A stretch of DNA of 64,000 nucleotides from Candidatus Saccharimonadota bacterium (GTDB lineage Bacteria > Patescibacteriota > Saccharimonadia > Saccharimonadales > JAXHNE01). Shown in pieces: positions 36,340 to 44,616 of the stretch. The notes under the pieces were generated by a model. That model worked only from the letters and a program-made list of their open reading frames with translations, made no database searches and was not told where the DNA came from. A program made the position numbers and the translations under genes. The stretch's first letter is position 1. Each line of letters opens with the position of its first letter. The stretch is taken from contig JAXHNE010000003.1 in NCBI GenBank assembly GCA_034520885.1, positions 22,073 through 86,072 of the forward strand. The letters are read 5' to 3'.

Positions 36340-38976
36340 ATGTCGGTTTCGGTGAAGACACATGCAAAAGATTATCTTCTTGAATATAAAACCAAGAATG
36401 ATATGCCTCAATGGTTAGCGTTGTTAATCCAGAAGACAATTGACACAAATGCAAAACTCTCTGATGGAGAGAAGAATCTAGTGTTCCAAAAACTACTCGA
36501 AGAAAATGGAATTAATACTCAGCAAGGCCTTGAAGAGACCAAGAGCGACAAAGGAATAGACAATAAAGAAACAATAGCCAGTTCAAAAGAACAAAAGCTT
36601 ACTTTGCAAAAAATTACTCATGTAAAAGGTGTTAATGCTCTTATTCCGAATCAGTCAATTACTCTAAGTTCAGCGTGTACTGTAATCTTTGGACTTAACG
36701 GCGCTGGTAAAAGTGGATACTTTAGAATACTCCATGAACTTGCAGGTGGAATTAAATCTAAAAACATTTTAGACAATATTCATAACCAAGGCGACGGTTT
36801 AGAAGTTAATGTGGATTTTTTATTAGATAACAGAACGCAAAAACCCTTCAAATGGGATGATAAAACACTGCGCGGTATTGCTCCGTTTGATCGGGTAAAA
36901 GTTTTTGATACGGAATATTTACCAATTTTCTTAAATGAGCGTGAAAGCTCAGTAAATATAGAGCCGCTTGGGCTTAATTTTTTTCAGACAATTGCAACAG
37001 TTATCGACGGATTTAAGGAAAAGCTAGACCAAGATCGACAGCAAGAACAAAACACGTCCCCTGACCTACAAACATTAATAGAAGTTATTCACTCTAATGA
37101 ATTGAAAATATTACTTGACAAGGATTCATTAACAAAGCAGGAAGAACAACTATTAAATAGCAATAAGCACTTTTCAAATGATGACACAGAAAAACTCACT
37201 AAATTGAAAAACGACAAGACTTTACTTGAAAAAAACAATACGGAAGACAGTAGAAAAGTGTTAAATCAAGAAAAGAAGGAGATTGATGATCTCGATAATC
37301 ACTTATCTTGCCTAAAAACAAACCTTGAAAAACTAACCAAGGATATCTCATCTGCCATAAATAATTATCTAAAAACTAAGAAAATAAGGGATGAGCGGCT
37401 AAAACAATTTGAGGTTTTAAAAAACATACCTTCTCAAGACAGTGAGGAGTGGCAAGGTTTTGTTGAGTCAGCGAAAGAATACGGTACAGAAATTGACCAG
37501 TCCACGTTTAACAGTGACGAAAAATGTATCTATTGCCATCAGCCATTGAGTGATGAGGCAATGAAGCTCATTCAGGCGTATGCTCAATATCTGGATGATC
37601 AGTCTCAACAAAATTTTAAAGACTCTGTTGATAAAGTTACCGAGCTGAAAGAAGAAATTGATGATTTAATCACGGATTTTGCTTTTTCTGAAAATTTGGA
37701 AAAAGCATTGGCCAAGATACACAATGCTCAGGAACAAGACTACAAGACGTTGGTTGCTCAAATTTTAACAGCAGCAAAGAGCCAAAAAGGAGGTTTAGAT
37801 AAAGCACTAAATGAAAAAACTGCTGTAGCTGAAAAGTATACGCTAGATTTATTTAGCGCAGACGAAAAACTTGAAAAGCTGTCAGAATCAAAGCAAAAAG
37901 AGCTGGATGGCTTGCAGCAATCATATGCGCAAAAATCTAAAAAAATAAATGAGATTGTAGTAGAGATTAACAGGCTTGAAGACAAGCGAAATATTACAAA
38001 ATGGAAAACAAAGATTGAAAATTATTTCTCAACTAGCAAGTGTGTACAAAAATATTCAGCCCTTAATCAAGCAATTAGCACAAGGGGAATTACAGAGCTG
38101 GGCTCAAAAGCACATGATGAGCTTTTGACAGATTCAATAAAAAAATCTTTTGAGGAGGAGTTAAAGGCTCTTGGCAAAGATATAGAAGTTAGTCCTGAAA
38201 CAACAGGAGCAGGAAAGGGTTCTGTGCGCACAGGACTTAAAATTTTAGGAAAAGATGTGCGTACTATCCTAAGTGATGGCGAGCAAAAAGCAGTTGGCCT
38301 TGCACTATTTCTAGCAGAGATTGAAAGCCAAAATGATAAAAGCCCTATTGTGTTCGATGACCCTGTTACAAGTATTGATCATGAAGTAGCCGATGCATTA
38401 GCAAAAAAACTTATGAGTTTGTCATCTGACAGACAAATCATTGTCTTTACTCACAACAAACTGTTCTATGACTCATTAGTCTATTGGGGAGGAAGTCTTA
38501 AGGATGAAAAAGATAATAAAACTCATCATGTGTGCAAAAACTACACTCAAAAAGGTTGTAGCGGCCAAGGTTGTCACGTTTACACTTATAAAGTCGATAG
38601 AGAAGCAAAGGATAAAACGGGTAAAATATTTGAAGCACAGAACGAATCATGCAGTTATTTTATTGAAAAAGCCGAGAAAGAGATGAAGGGCAATTACTCG
38701 TTAAGCAGTGTTTCTGGTTACTTAAAGTCAGCAATCGAATATTATATTGATGAGAAAGTGCTATTAAAAACCGGCTTGATGAAGGATCGACTTCGCGGCA
38801 TTGGAGTGCCCTGGGAAAATCTTAAAAAAATCGATAATAAAGAAGAAATCATCAATAAACCTGAGGCCTACTGGAGTAATTTAAGTAATCGCGGAACTCA
38901 TGTCACTCAAAATTCAAATGAGAACCCTTTGAAAACCGAAGACTTAAATAACATCATTGATTTTTTAAAATCTTAG
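36340..38976 (+). CDS. Rad50/SMC-like ABC ATPase with coiled-coil CxxC hook, AAA_13 / RloC-like (878 aa)
   Basis: Walker A GLNGAGKSG, long Lys/Glu-rich coiled coil with CIYCHQPL in the middle, signature LSDGEQKAV, Walker B IVFDDPVTSID, H-loop VFTHN. The C-terminal tail has LKSAIEYY...NRGTH, reminiscent of the PrrC/RloC nuclease motif. Confidence 0.65.
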   Translation: MSVSVKTHAKDYLLEYKTKNDMPQWLALLIQKTIDTNAKLSDGEKNLVFQKLLEENGINTQQGLEETKSDKGIDNKETIASSKEQKLTLQKITHVKGVNALIPNQSITLSSACTVIFGLNGAGKSGYFRILHELAGGIKSKNILDNIHNQGDGLEVNVDFLLDNRTQKPFKWDDKTLRGIAPFDRVKVFDTEYLPIFLNERESSVNIEPLGLNFFQTIATVIDGFKEKLDQDRQQEQNTSPDLQTLIEVIHSNELKILLDKDSLTKQEEQLLNSNKHFSNDDTEKLTKLKNDKTLLEKNNTEDSRKVLNQEKKEIDDLDNHLSCLKTNLEKLTKDISSAINNYLKTKKIRDERLKQFEVLKNIPSQDSEEWQGFVESAKEYGTEIDQSTFNSDEKCIYCHQPLSDEAMKLIQAYAQYLDDQSQQNFKDSVDKVTELKEEIDDLITDFAFSENLEKALAKIHNAQEQDYKTLVAQILTAAKSQKGGLDKALNEKTAVAEKYTLDLFSADEKLEKLSESKQKELDGLQQSYAQKSKKINEIVVEINRLEDKRNITKWKTKIENYFSTSKCVQKYSALNQAISTRGITELGSKAHDELLTDSIKKSFEEELKALGKDIEVSPETTGAGKGSVRTGLKILGKDVRTILSDGEQKAVGLALFLAEIESQNDKSPIVFDDPVTSIDHEVADALAKKLMSLSSDRQIIVFTHNKLFYDSLVYWGGSLKDEKDNKTHHVCKNYTQKGCSGQGCHVYTYKVDREAKDKTGKIFEAQNESCSYFIEKAEKEMKGNYSLSSVSGYLKSAIEYYIDEKVLLKTGLMKDRLRGIGVPWENLKKIDNKEEIINKPEAYWSNLSNRGTHVTQNSNENPLKTEDLNNIIDFLKS

Positions 38977-39098
38977 ATAGAATTTATAGTGCCTGATTTG
39001 GTTAAATTTAGCATCACATTTACAAGTTTGCCACTAGGCCCGCGCCGAAGGCGCGGCTGGGGTGGGAGCGGCTCCCTTACTTGCTTTAGCAAGGGAGA

Positions 39099-39278
39099 CA
39101 AACCAAAATATTTTTCGAATTCAATTAAAAAGAAAAAACCACCCGCCGAAATTCAAAACAATCATGAAGAAAAATCTTTTGGTTTGGGCCGCTGGCTATG
39201 CCAGCGGGCGGAGCCGCAGGGCGGGATTTAATTATCTCGCTCGAACAGGGTTCGAGCTTCATTCAACAACTGCAGCCA
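39099..39278. repeat. IR-B right arm (180 bp)
   Basis: Reverse complement of 35225-35404. Ends ...GGGTTCGAGCTTCATTCAACAACTGCAGCCA, which resembles a tRNA 3' end. Confidence 0.9.
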
Positions 39279-39757
39279 TTCGACCCTGAAAACCATCCGG
39301 CTCAGGGCGAAGCAGGCTCATGGCTGTAAGCCATCAGACGAAATCATGATTTTTTCAGCCGGAGACTGGAGAATGTCCTGAGCAACGTCGAAGGACTATT
39401 CATGTACTATCTATACATTCTGCGCAATGCGCACAACCGACTATACATTGGGCATACGAACAACCTGGAACGTCGCCTCCAAGATCATAGCAGTCAGTCA
39501 GGCGCTAAGTTTGTTAAAGATTATGGCGATTTTGAATTAGTTTATTTTGAAGAATTTGCCAGTAGAGCCAAAGCCATGAAACGGGAAAAACAAGTAAAAG
39601 GTTGGTCAAGAGCCAAAAAAGAAGCCTTGATTTCAGCCGATATTGAAACCTTAAAGAGTCTTTCAAGAACTCGTGGCAGTAAGGAGGCTCGCCAAAATAC
39701 ACCTTCGTAATCCTATCTACCGCCCTAAGCCTGACGCGATAAAGGACTACACCAATC
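39273..39757 (+). mobile_element. GIY-YIG element: conserved 5' flank, GIY-YIG ORF, conserved 3' flank
   Basis: The flanks recur without the ORF at 42000-42177. The 5' flank and a gene stub recur at about 40660-40789. Confidence 0.45.
39402..39710 (+). CDS. GIY-YIG nuclease family protein (102 aa)
   Basis: MYYLYILRNAHNRLYIGHTNNLERRLQDH...E...KREKQVKGWSRAKKEALI is the classic small GIY-YIG (UPF0213-like) pattern. Confidence 0.85.
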   Translation: MYYLYILRNAHNRLYIGHTNNLERRLQDHSSQSGAKFVKDYGDFELVYFEEFASRAKAMKREKQVKGWSRAKKEALISADIETLKSLSRTRGSKEARQNTPS

Positions 39758-39974
39758 ACTATAAATTCGAGGTTAAAGCAAATATGTACTCACGCAACTT
39801 TGTTATAATTAAAGTGCCTGGTTGCCCGTAAAACTATGGTCAGGCGAGCAACTTGACTGTGTCGAGCTGCTCGCCGGGCCATAGAAACCAGCTTATTACA
39901 AGGAAGGTTGGGCAACGGTATCCAGGCTTTGGACCTGTATGCCCTAGCCAAGTATTGCAACAAAGGAGACCAGG

Positions 39975-40637
39975 GTGTCAAAGAGAAACAAATTCCAGAA
40001 AATTAGGAAATGGTTAGAACATGACATCAATAACAGAGTTAAGCGAAAGACCAGTCAAGATCTTTTCGACTGGCTTATGCTTGCCATATGGGCAGTTGTA
40101 ACCTTATTAATTGCCTTATTCTCTGAAGACGATCTTCTAAACAACTTGATTTTATGGTTTACCGCCTATGCAGTTATCAGATATACAAAAGAGACATACT
40201 GGCTAAAGGTAATTGCACAGAAAGATCTGGAAAGTAACAAGGTGTCTCAAAAAAATGAGTTTATGCCAATCTTAACGTTTAGTGGAGAAGGGTCAATAAT
40301 TCAAGGCCGTAACTTGAACATAAAATTAACAAATATCGGCAAAGGCTTGGCTAGAAATATCACTATCTGGGTTGAGGGACATAAGATCACTGATGGATTT
40401 GATATGGCTCCCGACATTAATAATTATTCACCCGGTGTATCTCCAGAGATAAGTGACGCAATAAATGCATTGACTGCAGAAGAAGGGCGAACAGAGCTCA
40501 ATATGTCTATAGACTATTATGATATATTCGAGAGACACTTCAAGTTAACTGGAGTTAAGTTTCTTAAAGATGATGACATCTCTGGGAATCGATATGTGTT
40601 GCAAAGGTTCACTGGTAAAAGTAAGTTTCCATTTTAA
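39975..40637 (+). CDS. hypothetical membrane-anchored protein (220 aa, GTG start)
   Basis: Two N-terminal TM helices; no motif recognised. Confidence 0.4.
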   Translation: MSKRNKFQKIRKWLEHDINNRVKRKTSQDLFDWLMLAIWAVVTLLIALFSEDDLLNNLILWFTAYAVIRYTKETYWLKVIAQKDLESNKVSQKNEFMPILTFSGEGSIIQGRNLNIKLTNIGKGLARNITIWVEGHKITDGFDMAPDINNYSPGVSPEISDAINALTAEEGRTELNMSIDYYDIFERHFKLTGVKFLKDDDISGNRYVLQRFTGKSKFPF

Positions 40638-40744
40638 ATAAATTCTTATCTCTAATCTAGACCGCAATGCTCAGCCATCAGACAAAATCATCAACTTTCA
40701 GCCATCAGGTTGGAGAATGTTCTGAGCAAAGCCGAAGAACGATC

Positions 40745-40789
40745 ATGTTTGTATATGTCCTTAGGTGTACGAGGCTTGTACAGGATTGA
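40745..40789 (+). pseudogene. truncated GIY-YIG gene remnant
   Basis: The same leader as the intact copy (GGAGAATGTTCTGAGCAAAGCCGAAGAACGATC) precedes ATG. It reads MFVYVLRCTRLVQD-stop, against MYYLYILRNAHNRLYIGHT in the intact gene. Confidence 0.4.
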
Positions 40790-40898
40790 ATATCGAAAAA
40801 CTACCTCTTAGTCTTGAGAGACGAAATCCGTGCAAGCGAAGCGCATCCTGCATCCCCGGCCATTCATTATGTTATAATTTTAATATTAACAATTTGAC

Positions 40899-40996
40899 AA
40901 TATAAAGAGTGCGGGGAGAGACTTGCTTGTTGATCCGCCAGCAACCTATCTAACGACAAGGTGCTCCATCAAGCCCTGTATAGGGAAAGATATACA
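40899..40996 (+). promoter_or_regulatory. SAM-I (S-box) riboswitch aptamer
   Basis: Hand alignment to the S-box consensus. AAGAG junction, kink-turn-like GGAG/UGAU in P2, CAGCAACC...GGUGCU (P3), CCCU-GUAU-AGGG (P4), AAAGAUAU closing P1. GGGAAAG can alternatively pair with the terminator 5' arm. Confidence 0.6.
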
Positions 40997-41006
40997 CAAT
41001 TCTTAC

Positions 41007-41032
41007 ACCTTTCCTTGTACGGAAAGGTTTTT
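41007..41032 (+). terminator. riboswitch expression-platform terminator
   Basis: ACCTTTCC-TTGTAC-GGAAAGGT followed by TTTT, ending 3 nt before the metA ATG. Confidence 0.6.
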
Positions 41033-41034
41033 AA

Positions 41035-41958
41035 ATGCCCATCGTTACGCCAGAATATAGCACAGACACACACCTATTTGAACGTCTCCAAGATTGTGGA
41101 GCAATAGTTATTGATCAAGAGGAAGCAGAGACACAAGACATACGTCCGGCAAAAATTGGCTTATTGAATCTTATGCCGGCACAAGTCATGGAAGCAACAG
41201 AACTTAGATGGCTTAGATTTATTAGTCATACTGTCCTTCAGATTGAACCGGTATTATTGAAGTTTGATGATGACAAACGAGAACTGCCTAATTCAAGTCG
41301 CAGAAACGTTCTTAAAAGATATCATCCATTTTCAGCTGCTACTGAGGATGGCTTAGATGGTCTTATTGTAACTGGGGACAACCAGGAGCGTCAGCAGGAT
41401 GGCACACCACTACCTATGAATGAACTACATTACGCCGAAGATCTAAAAGAGGTTATCGACTGGGCAAACAGCAATATTAGCGCCTCAATCTATTCCTGCC
41501 TTGCAAGCCACTATGCCCTCAACTACCAATACGGACTGTGTCGAGATATTAAAAACAGGAAATTTTTTGGTGTCTACGATCACCATGTTATGAAAGAGTC
41601 AGAAATAACTTTTGCAATGGATGATCTGATAAGGGCGCCACACTCTCGATGGGGGACTATTGCCACAGAGCATCTTGAAGCAGCAGGCTTGGATGTGTTA
41701 GCAGTAAGCGAAGAAGCAGGATGGCTTATTGCAGAAGATGTCTCATTAAGTGGCAACACAAATACTTATCTACAAGGTCATCCAGAATATTGGCGCTACG
41801 ATTTACATGATGAGTACGTAAGAGACAGGCAGTATGTGCCGGAAAATTACTACCCAGGCGACAATCCAGAGTTGCAGCCTATTTTATCGTGGTCTGGTGA
41901 CGCACGATCACTACTCTCGAACTGGATTCAAGGGATATATAAGAGCTATTCTTCGTAG
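41035..41958 (+). CDS. metA: homoserine O-acyltransferase, MetA family
   Basis: IRPAKIGLLNLMP, VLLKFDDD, LDGLIVTG, HSRWG motifs match MetA/HTS. Confidence 0.8.
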   Translation: MPIVTPEYSTDTHLFERLQDCGAIVIDQEEAETQDIRPAKIGLLNLMPAQVMEATELRWLRFISHTVLQIEPVLLKFDDDKRELPNSSRRNVLKRYHPFSAATEDGLDGLIVTGDNQERQQDGTPLPMNELHYAEDLKEVIDWANSNISASIYSCLASHYALNYQYGLCRDIKNRKFFGVYDHHVMKESEITFAMDDLIRAPHSRWGTIATEHLEAAGLDVLAVSEEAGWLIAEDVSLSGNTNTYLQGHPEYWRYDLHDEYVRDRQYVPENYYPGDNPELQPILSWSGDARSLLSNWIQGIYKSYSS

Positions 41959-41999
41959 CTTCTCATTTTACGCCGCAAGAGGTTTCAGACCACAACGCT

Positions 42000-42177
42000 C
42001 AGCCATTCGACCCTGAAAACCATCCGGCTCAGGGCGCGCAGGCTCATGGCTTGCGGCCCAGCCAGCAAGAAATGAGATTGAGAATGTCCTGAGCAACACC
42101 GAATGACTTAGAAGAATATACCTTCGTAATCCTATCTACCACCCTAAACTTCACGTAATAGAGGGCTACCCCAACCA
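42000..42177 (+). repeat. ORF-less copy of the GIY-YIG element flanks, including a tRNA-Gln 3'-end-like segment
   Basis: The 5' flank CAGCCATTCGACCCTGAAAACCATCCGGCTCAGGGC...GAGAATGTCCTGAGCAAC joins the 3' flank ACCTTCGTAATCCTATCTACC through only about 12 nt. 42038-42064 GCAGGCTCATGGCTTGCGGCCCAGCCA resembles the tRNA-Gln T-arm/acceptor. Confidence 0.6.
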
Positions 42178-42189
42178 ATTTTGTAAAAC

Positions 42190-42375
42190 GTGTATTATAG
42201 AAATATGAAATGTCCGGTTTGTATTAAAGAAATGAAAAAAGTTCGTTGGCACATTAGCTATAATCCCGACGAGAACAATAAGGAATACGACTACACCACA
42301 TATCAATGCGTTGATGACGATGTTTGGGTTAATACTGAAATCCCAAAAAATGATTCAAATGAGCACAACGGCTAA
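42190..42375 (+). CDS. hypothetical small Cys-containing protein
   Basis: MKCPVC...YQCVDDD suggests a zinc ribbon; short and uncertain. Confidence 0.3.
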   Translation: MYYRNMKCPVCIKEMKKVRWHISYNPDENNKEYDYTTYQCVDDDVWVNTEIPKNDSNEHNG

Positions 42376-42599
42376 AAGGTTCCTGACCCAGACGCTTAGC
42401 CATGATTTGCACCAAAGGAGATTCGGATGCCTTTTATTCAGGCTTTTACTTTGTGGCTTGTCGTAAGTGCAACAAAAAGTTCTGGTGCTAATTTAAGTCA
42501 GGGTACACACAAGAAAATCTGCGCTTTCTTCTGTCTATTTGCGCCAAGCTGTAAACTAAATGTAAACTGTCTATATATTTCAGAATAGGAGGCACAACA

Positions 42600-43211
42600 T
42601 TGGCTAACGAGGACAGAAAACAAGCCAAAACAGAAGCTAATGCCACCAAAGCTAAATCAAAGGCAATGCGACCATGGTACAAAAAGAAACGCTTCATAAT
42701 TCCAGGCATCTTTTTGGCGTTATTGTTTTTAGCTCCAACTGAGGACACATCACCCACTTCGCAGGGAAATGGTAGTGAAACGACCATAGAAGAGCCAAGT
42801 GAAATGGGGGTAATTCCACCAGGAGAAACCACTTCCTTCGCTGAGTGGGACTACAAAGTAGTAGATATTGAAACTCACAACGTTCTTGGCGATGAAAGGC
42901 CAAGAGGTCAATTCGTTACATTTATAGTTGAAGTTACGAATAATGCGAATACTGAAAGAGAAATCGGTGACTTATTCTATGCGGAAGACAGCCAGGAAAG
43001 AGTGTTCAACTTTAACTCAAGTGCATCATTGGCGCACCATCACACATACGAAGTCGACACTTGGCATTACGAAGCCATAGGTGCATCTTTCTCGGCGAAA
43101 CTGCCTGTAACGTTTGATGTCCCTGAAGATGTTGAAGAACTATATCTTTACCCTCAAGATATCGAGGAAAGAGATTTCGACACCACGAAAGCCATTCACG
43201 TTAAACTTTGA
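42600..43211 (+). CDS. membrane-anchored DUF4352-like protein
   Basis: TTG start after TAGGAGG; N-terminal basic region plus TM, then a beta-rich domain (FVTFIVEVTNNANTEREI). Confidence 0.5.
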   Translation: MANEDRKQAKTEANATKAKSKAMRPWYKKKRFIIPGIFLALLFLAPTEDTSPTSQGNGSETTIEEPSEMGVIPPGETTSFAEWDYKVVDIETHNVLGDERPRGQFVTFIVEVTNNANTEREIGDLFYAEDSQERVFNFNSSASLAHHHTYEVDTWHYEAIGASFSAKLPVTFDVPEDVEELYLYPQDIEERDFDTTKAIHVKL

Positions 43212-43314
43212 TGGCTATTTCTTGAACTGGGTAGTTGCGGACTCTTTTTTTACAAAGTAAAGCAAGCCCACATCACAAATTCGGAGTAATAGCTTATTTT
43301 GATATACTACCCGA

Positions 43315-43863
43315 ATGAAAATTACGTTTGTGACCGGCAATCCACGTAAACTCGGTGAGGCCAAGGAGGCTTGTAAACCTTTCGGCATCGAGGTAGGACA
43401 AACAAAACTGGACATACACGAAATCCAACATCACAACCCAATACAAATTTCAAAACATAAGGCCAACGAAGCGTATGACCTCATAAAAACCCCCTTGGTT
43501 ATCAATGATGCGACCTGGAAAATACCCGCCCTGAACGGTTTTCCCGGCGGCTACATGAAAGATGTTGCGGAGTGGTTCTCACCGGAGGACTTCATTGCAT
43601 TAATGAAGAATAAACGCGACAAACGACTGTGCTGCGTCGAAACTGTAATTTATAAAGATAAAAATGTGGAAAAGATATTCCACAGGGAATTTTGGGGAGA
43701 AGTCTCAAATAACCCCAAAGGAAGCGGCAACTCAATTGAGCAAATAGCTAAGTTTAACGGTAAAACGATCGGCGAACACCGCGATCAGGGGCGTTTTGCG
43801 TTCGATGCCAAAGATTATATCTGGCACGATTTCGCCAAATGGTACTCGGAGTCGAGTCACTAA
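43315..43863 (+). CDS. non-canonical purine NTP pyrophosphatase (Ham1/RdgB family)
   Basis: MKITFVTGNPRKLGEAKE and ALNGFPGGYMKD motifs. Confidence 0.75.
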   Translation: MKITFVTGNPRKLGEAKEACKPFGIEVGQTKLDIHEIQHHNPIQISKHKANEAYDLIKTPLVINDATWKIPALNGFPGGYMKDVAEWFSPEDFIALMKNKRDKRLCCVETVIYKDKNVEKIFHREFWGEVSNNPKGSGNSIEQIAKFNGKTIGEHRDQGRFAFDAKDYIWHDFAKWYSESSH

Positions 43864-43883
43864 AAAGTTATTCTAGGTATTAC

Positions 43884-43906
43884 TGTACAAGGTTGAACCT
43901 TGTACA
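43884..43906. repeat. 23-bp palindrome TGTACAAGGTTGAACCTTGTACA, copy 1
   Basis: 11-bp arms; the second copy lies at 45446-45468. Confidence 0.85.
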
Positions 43907-43974
43907 AAAGCACAAAATGTTATTGACCCAGTTAACACTTGGTGTCATAATAAAGCTTCAGGAAAGGAGACAGA

Positions 43975-44424
43975 ATGCCTGATTTATCACAACCTCAGTA
44001 TTTTATCGCCCAAGCCGAAAGCATGGAAGGTCTAAGATTGAGCGTCTACTATGCTCCACATAGTGAAAATTTTATTGTGCCACAAGAAGTGCTACGTGCC
44101 GAAAGCGCAGACACGCTAGCATCAGGAGCGCTCTGGAAGCTACTAACAGGTAAGTTGACACCAAACCAAGATGATCCGGAAACTACAATTGAACCGAGCA
44201 CTCCTGAAGACGTAAAAGCTAGACTGGATAGCTTTTTACGAACCCAGCCAGCTGATGAGATATTTGTAGACGAAAACGCACCGGAAGGCATCAAAGAGGC
44301 TCTGGAGTCAGTGCAGACTGCTCTCGCAAGTGAAGCACAAACAATGCTTGGAGAAATGTTGGGATTGAAGCTTCCACCTCCTGTAGAAGACGACGACAGG
44401 CCATACCCCGGCCAATACCTGTAA
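43975..44424 (+). CDS. hypothetical acidic protein (149 aa)
   Basis: GGAAAGGAG RBS; no motif recognised. Confidence 0.45.
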   Translation: MPDLSQPQYFIAQAESMEGLRLSVYYAPHSENFIVPQEVLRAESADTLASGALWKLLTGKLTPNQDDPETTIEPSTPEDVKARLDSFLRTQPADEIFVDENAPEGIKEALESVQTALASEAQTMLGEMLGLKLPPPVEDDDRPYPGQYL

Positions 44425-44509
44425 CTGTTCAGCTTTCTTACCTATTCTTTTCATCACCCCGTAAAAGTAGGTCAAAGGCCGCGCCGAAACAGCTTTTTTA
44501 ACACTTAGG

Positions 44510-44533
44510 TGTTATATAACTAGTTATATAACA
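44510..44533. repeat. 24-bp palindrome, copy 2
   Basis: TGTTATATAACTAGTTATATAACA. Confidence 0.9.
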
Positions 44534-44616
44534 AAACCAAGCCAAATGGTGCGCTGTTATGCCAAGCGGCAGTATTTTCAGTATTTAATGTGGTAAGTAC
44601 ATGTTATGTTTAAACC

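Larger units (their letters stand above)
33572..39278. mobile_element. putative integrated element at the tRNA-Gln 3' end (serine recombinase module plus IR-bounded cargo cassette)
   Basis: Begins exactly at the tRNA CCA end. CAGCCA recurs at 33566-33571, 35225-35230 (inverted) and 39273-39278. The cargo is markedly AT-rich by eye. Confidence 0.5.
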
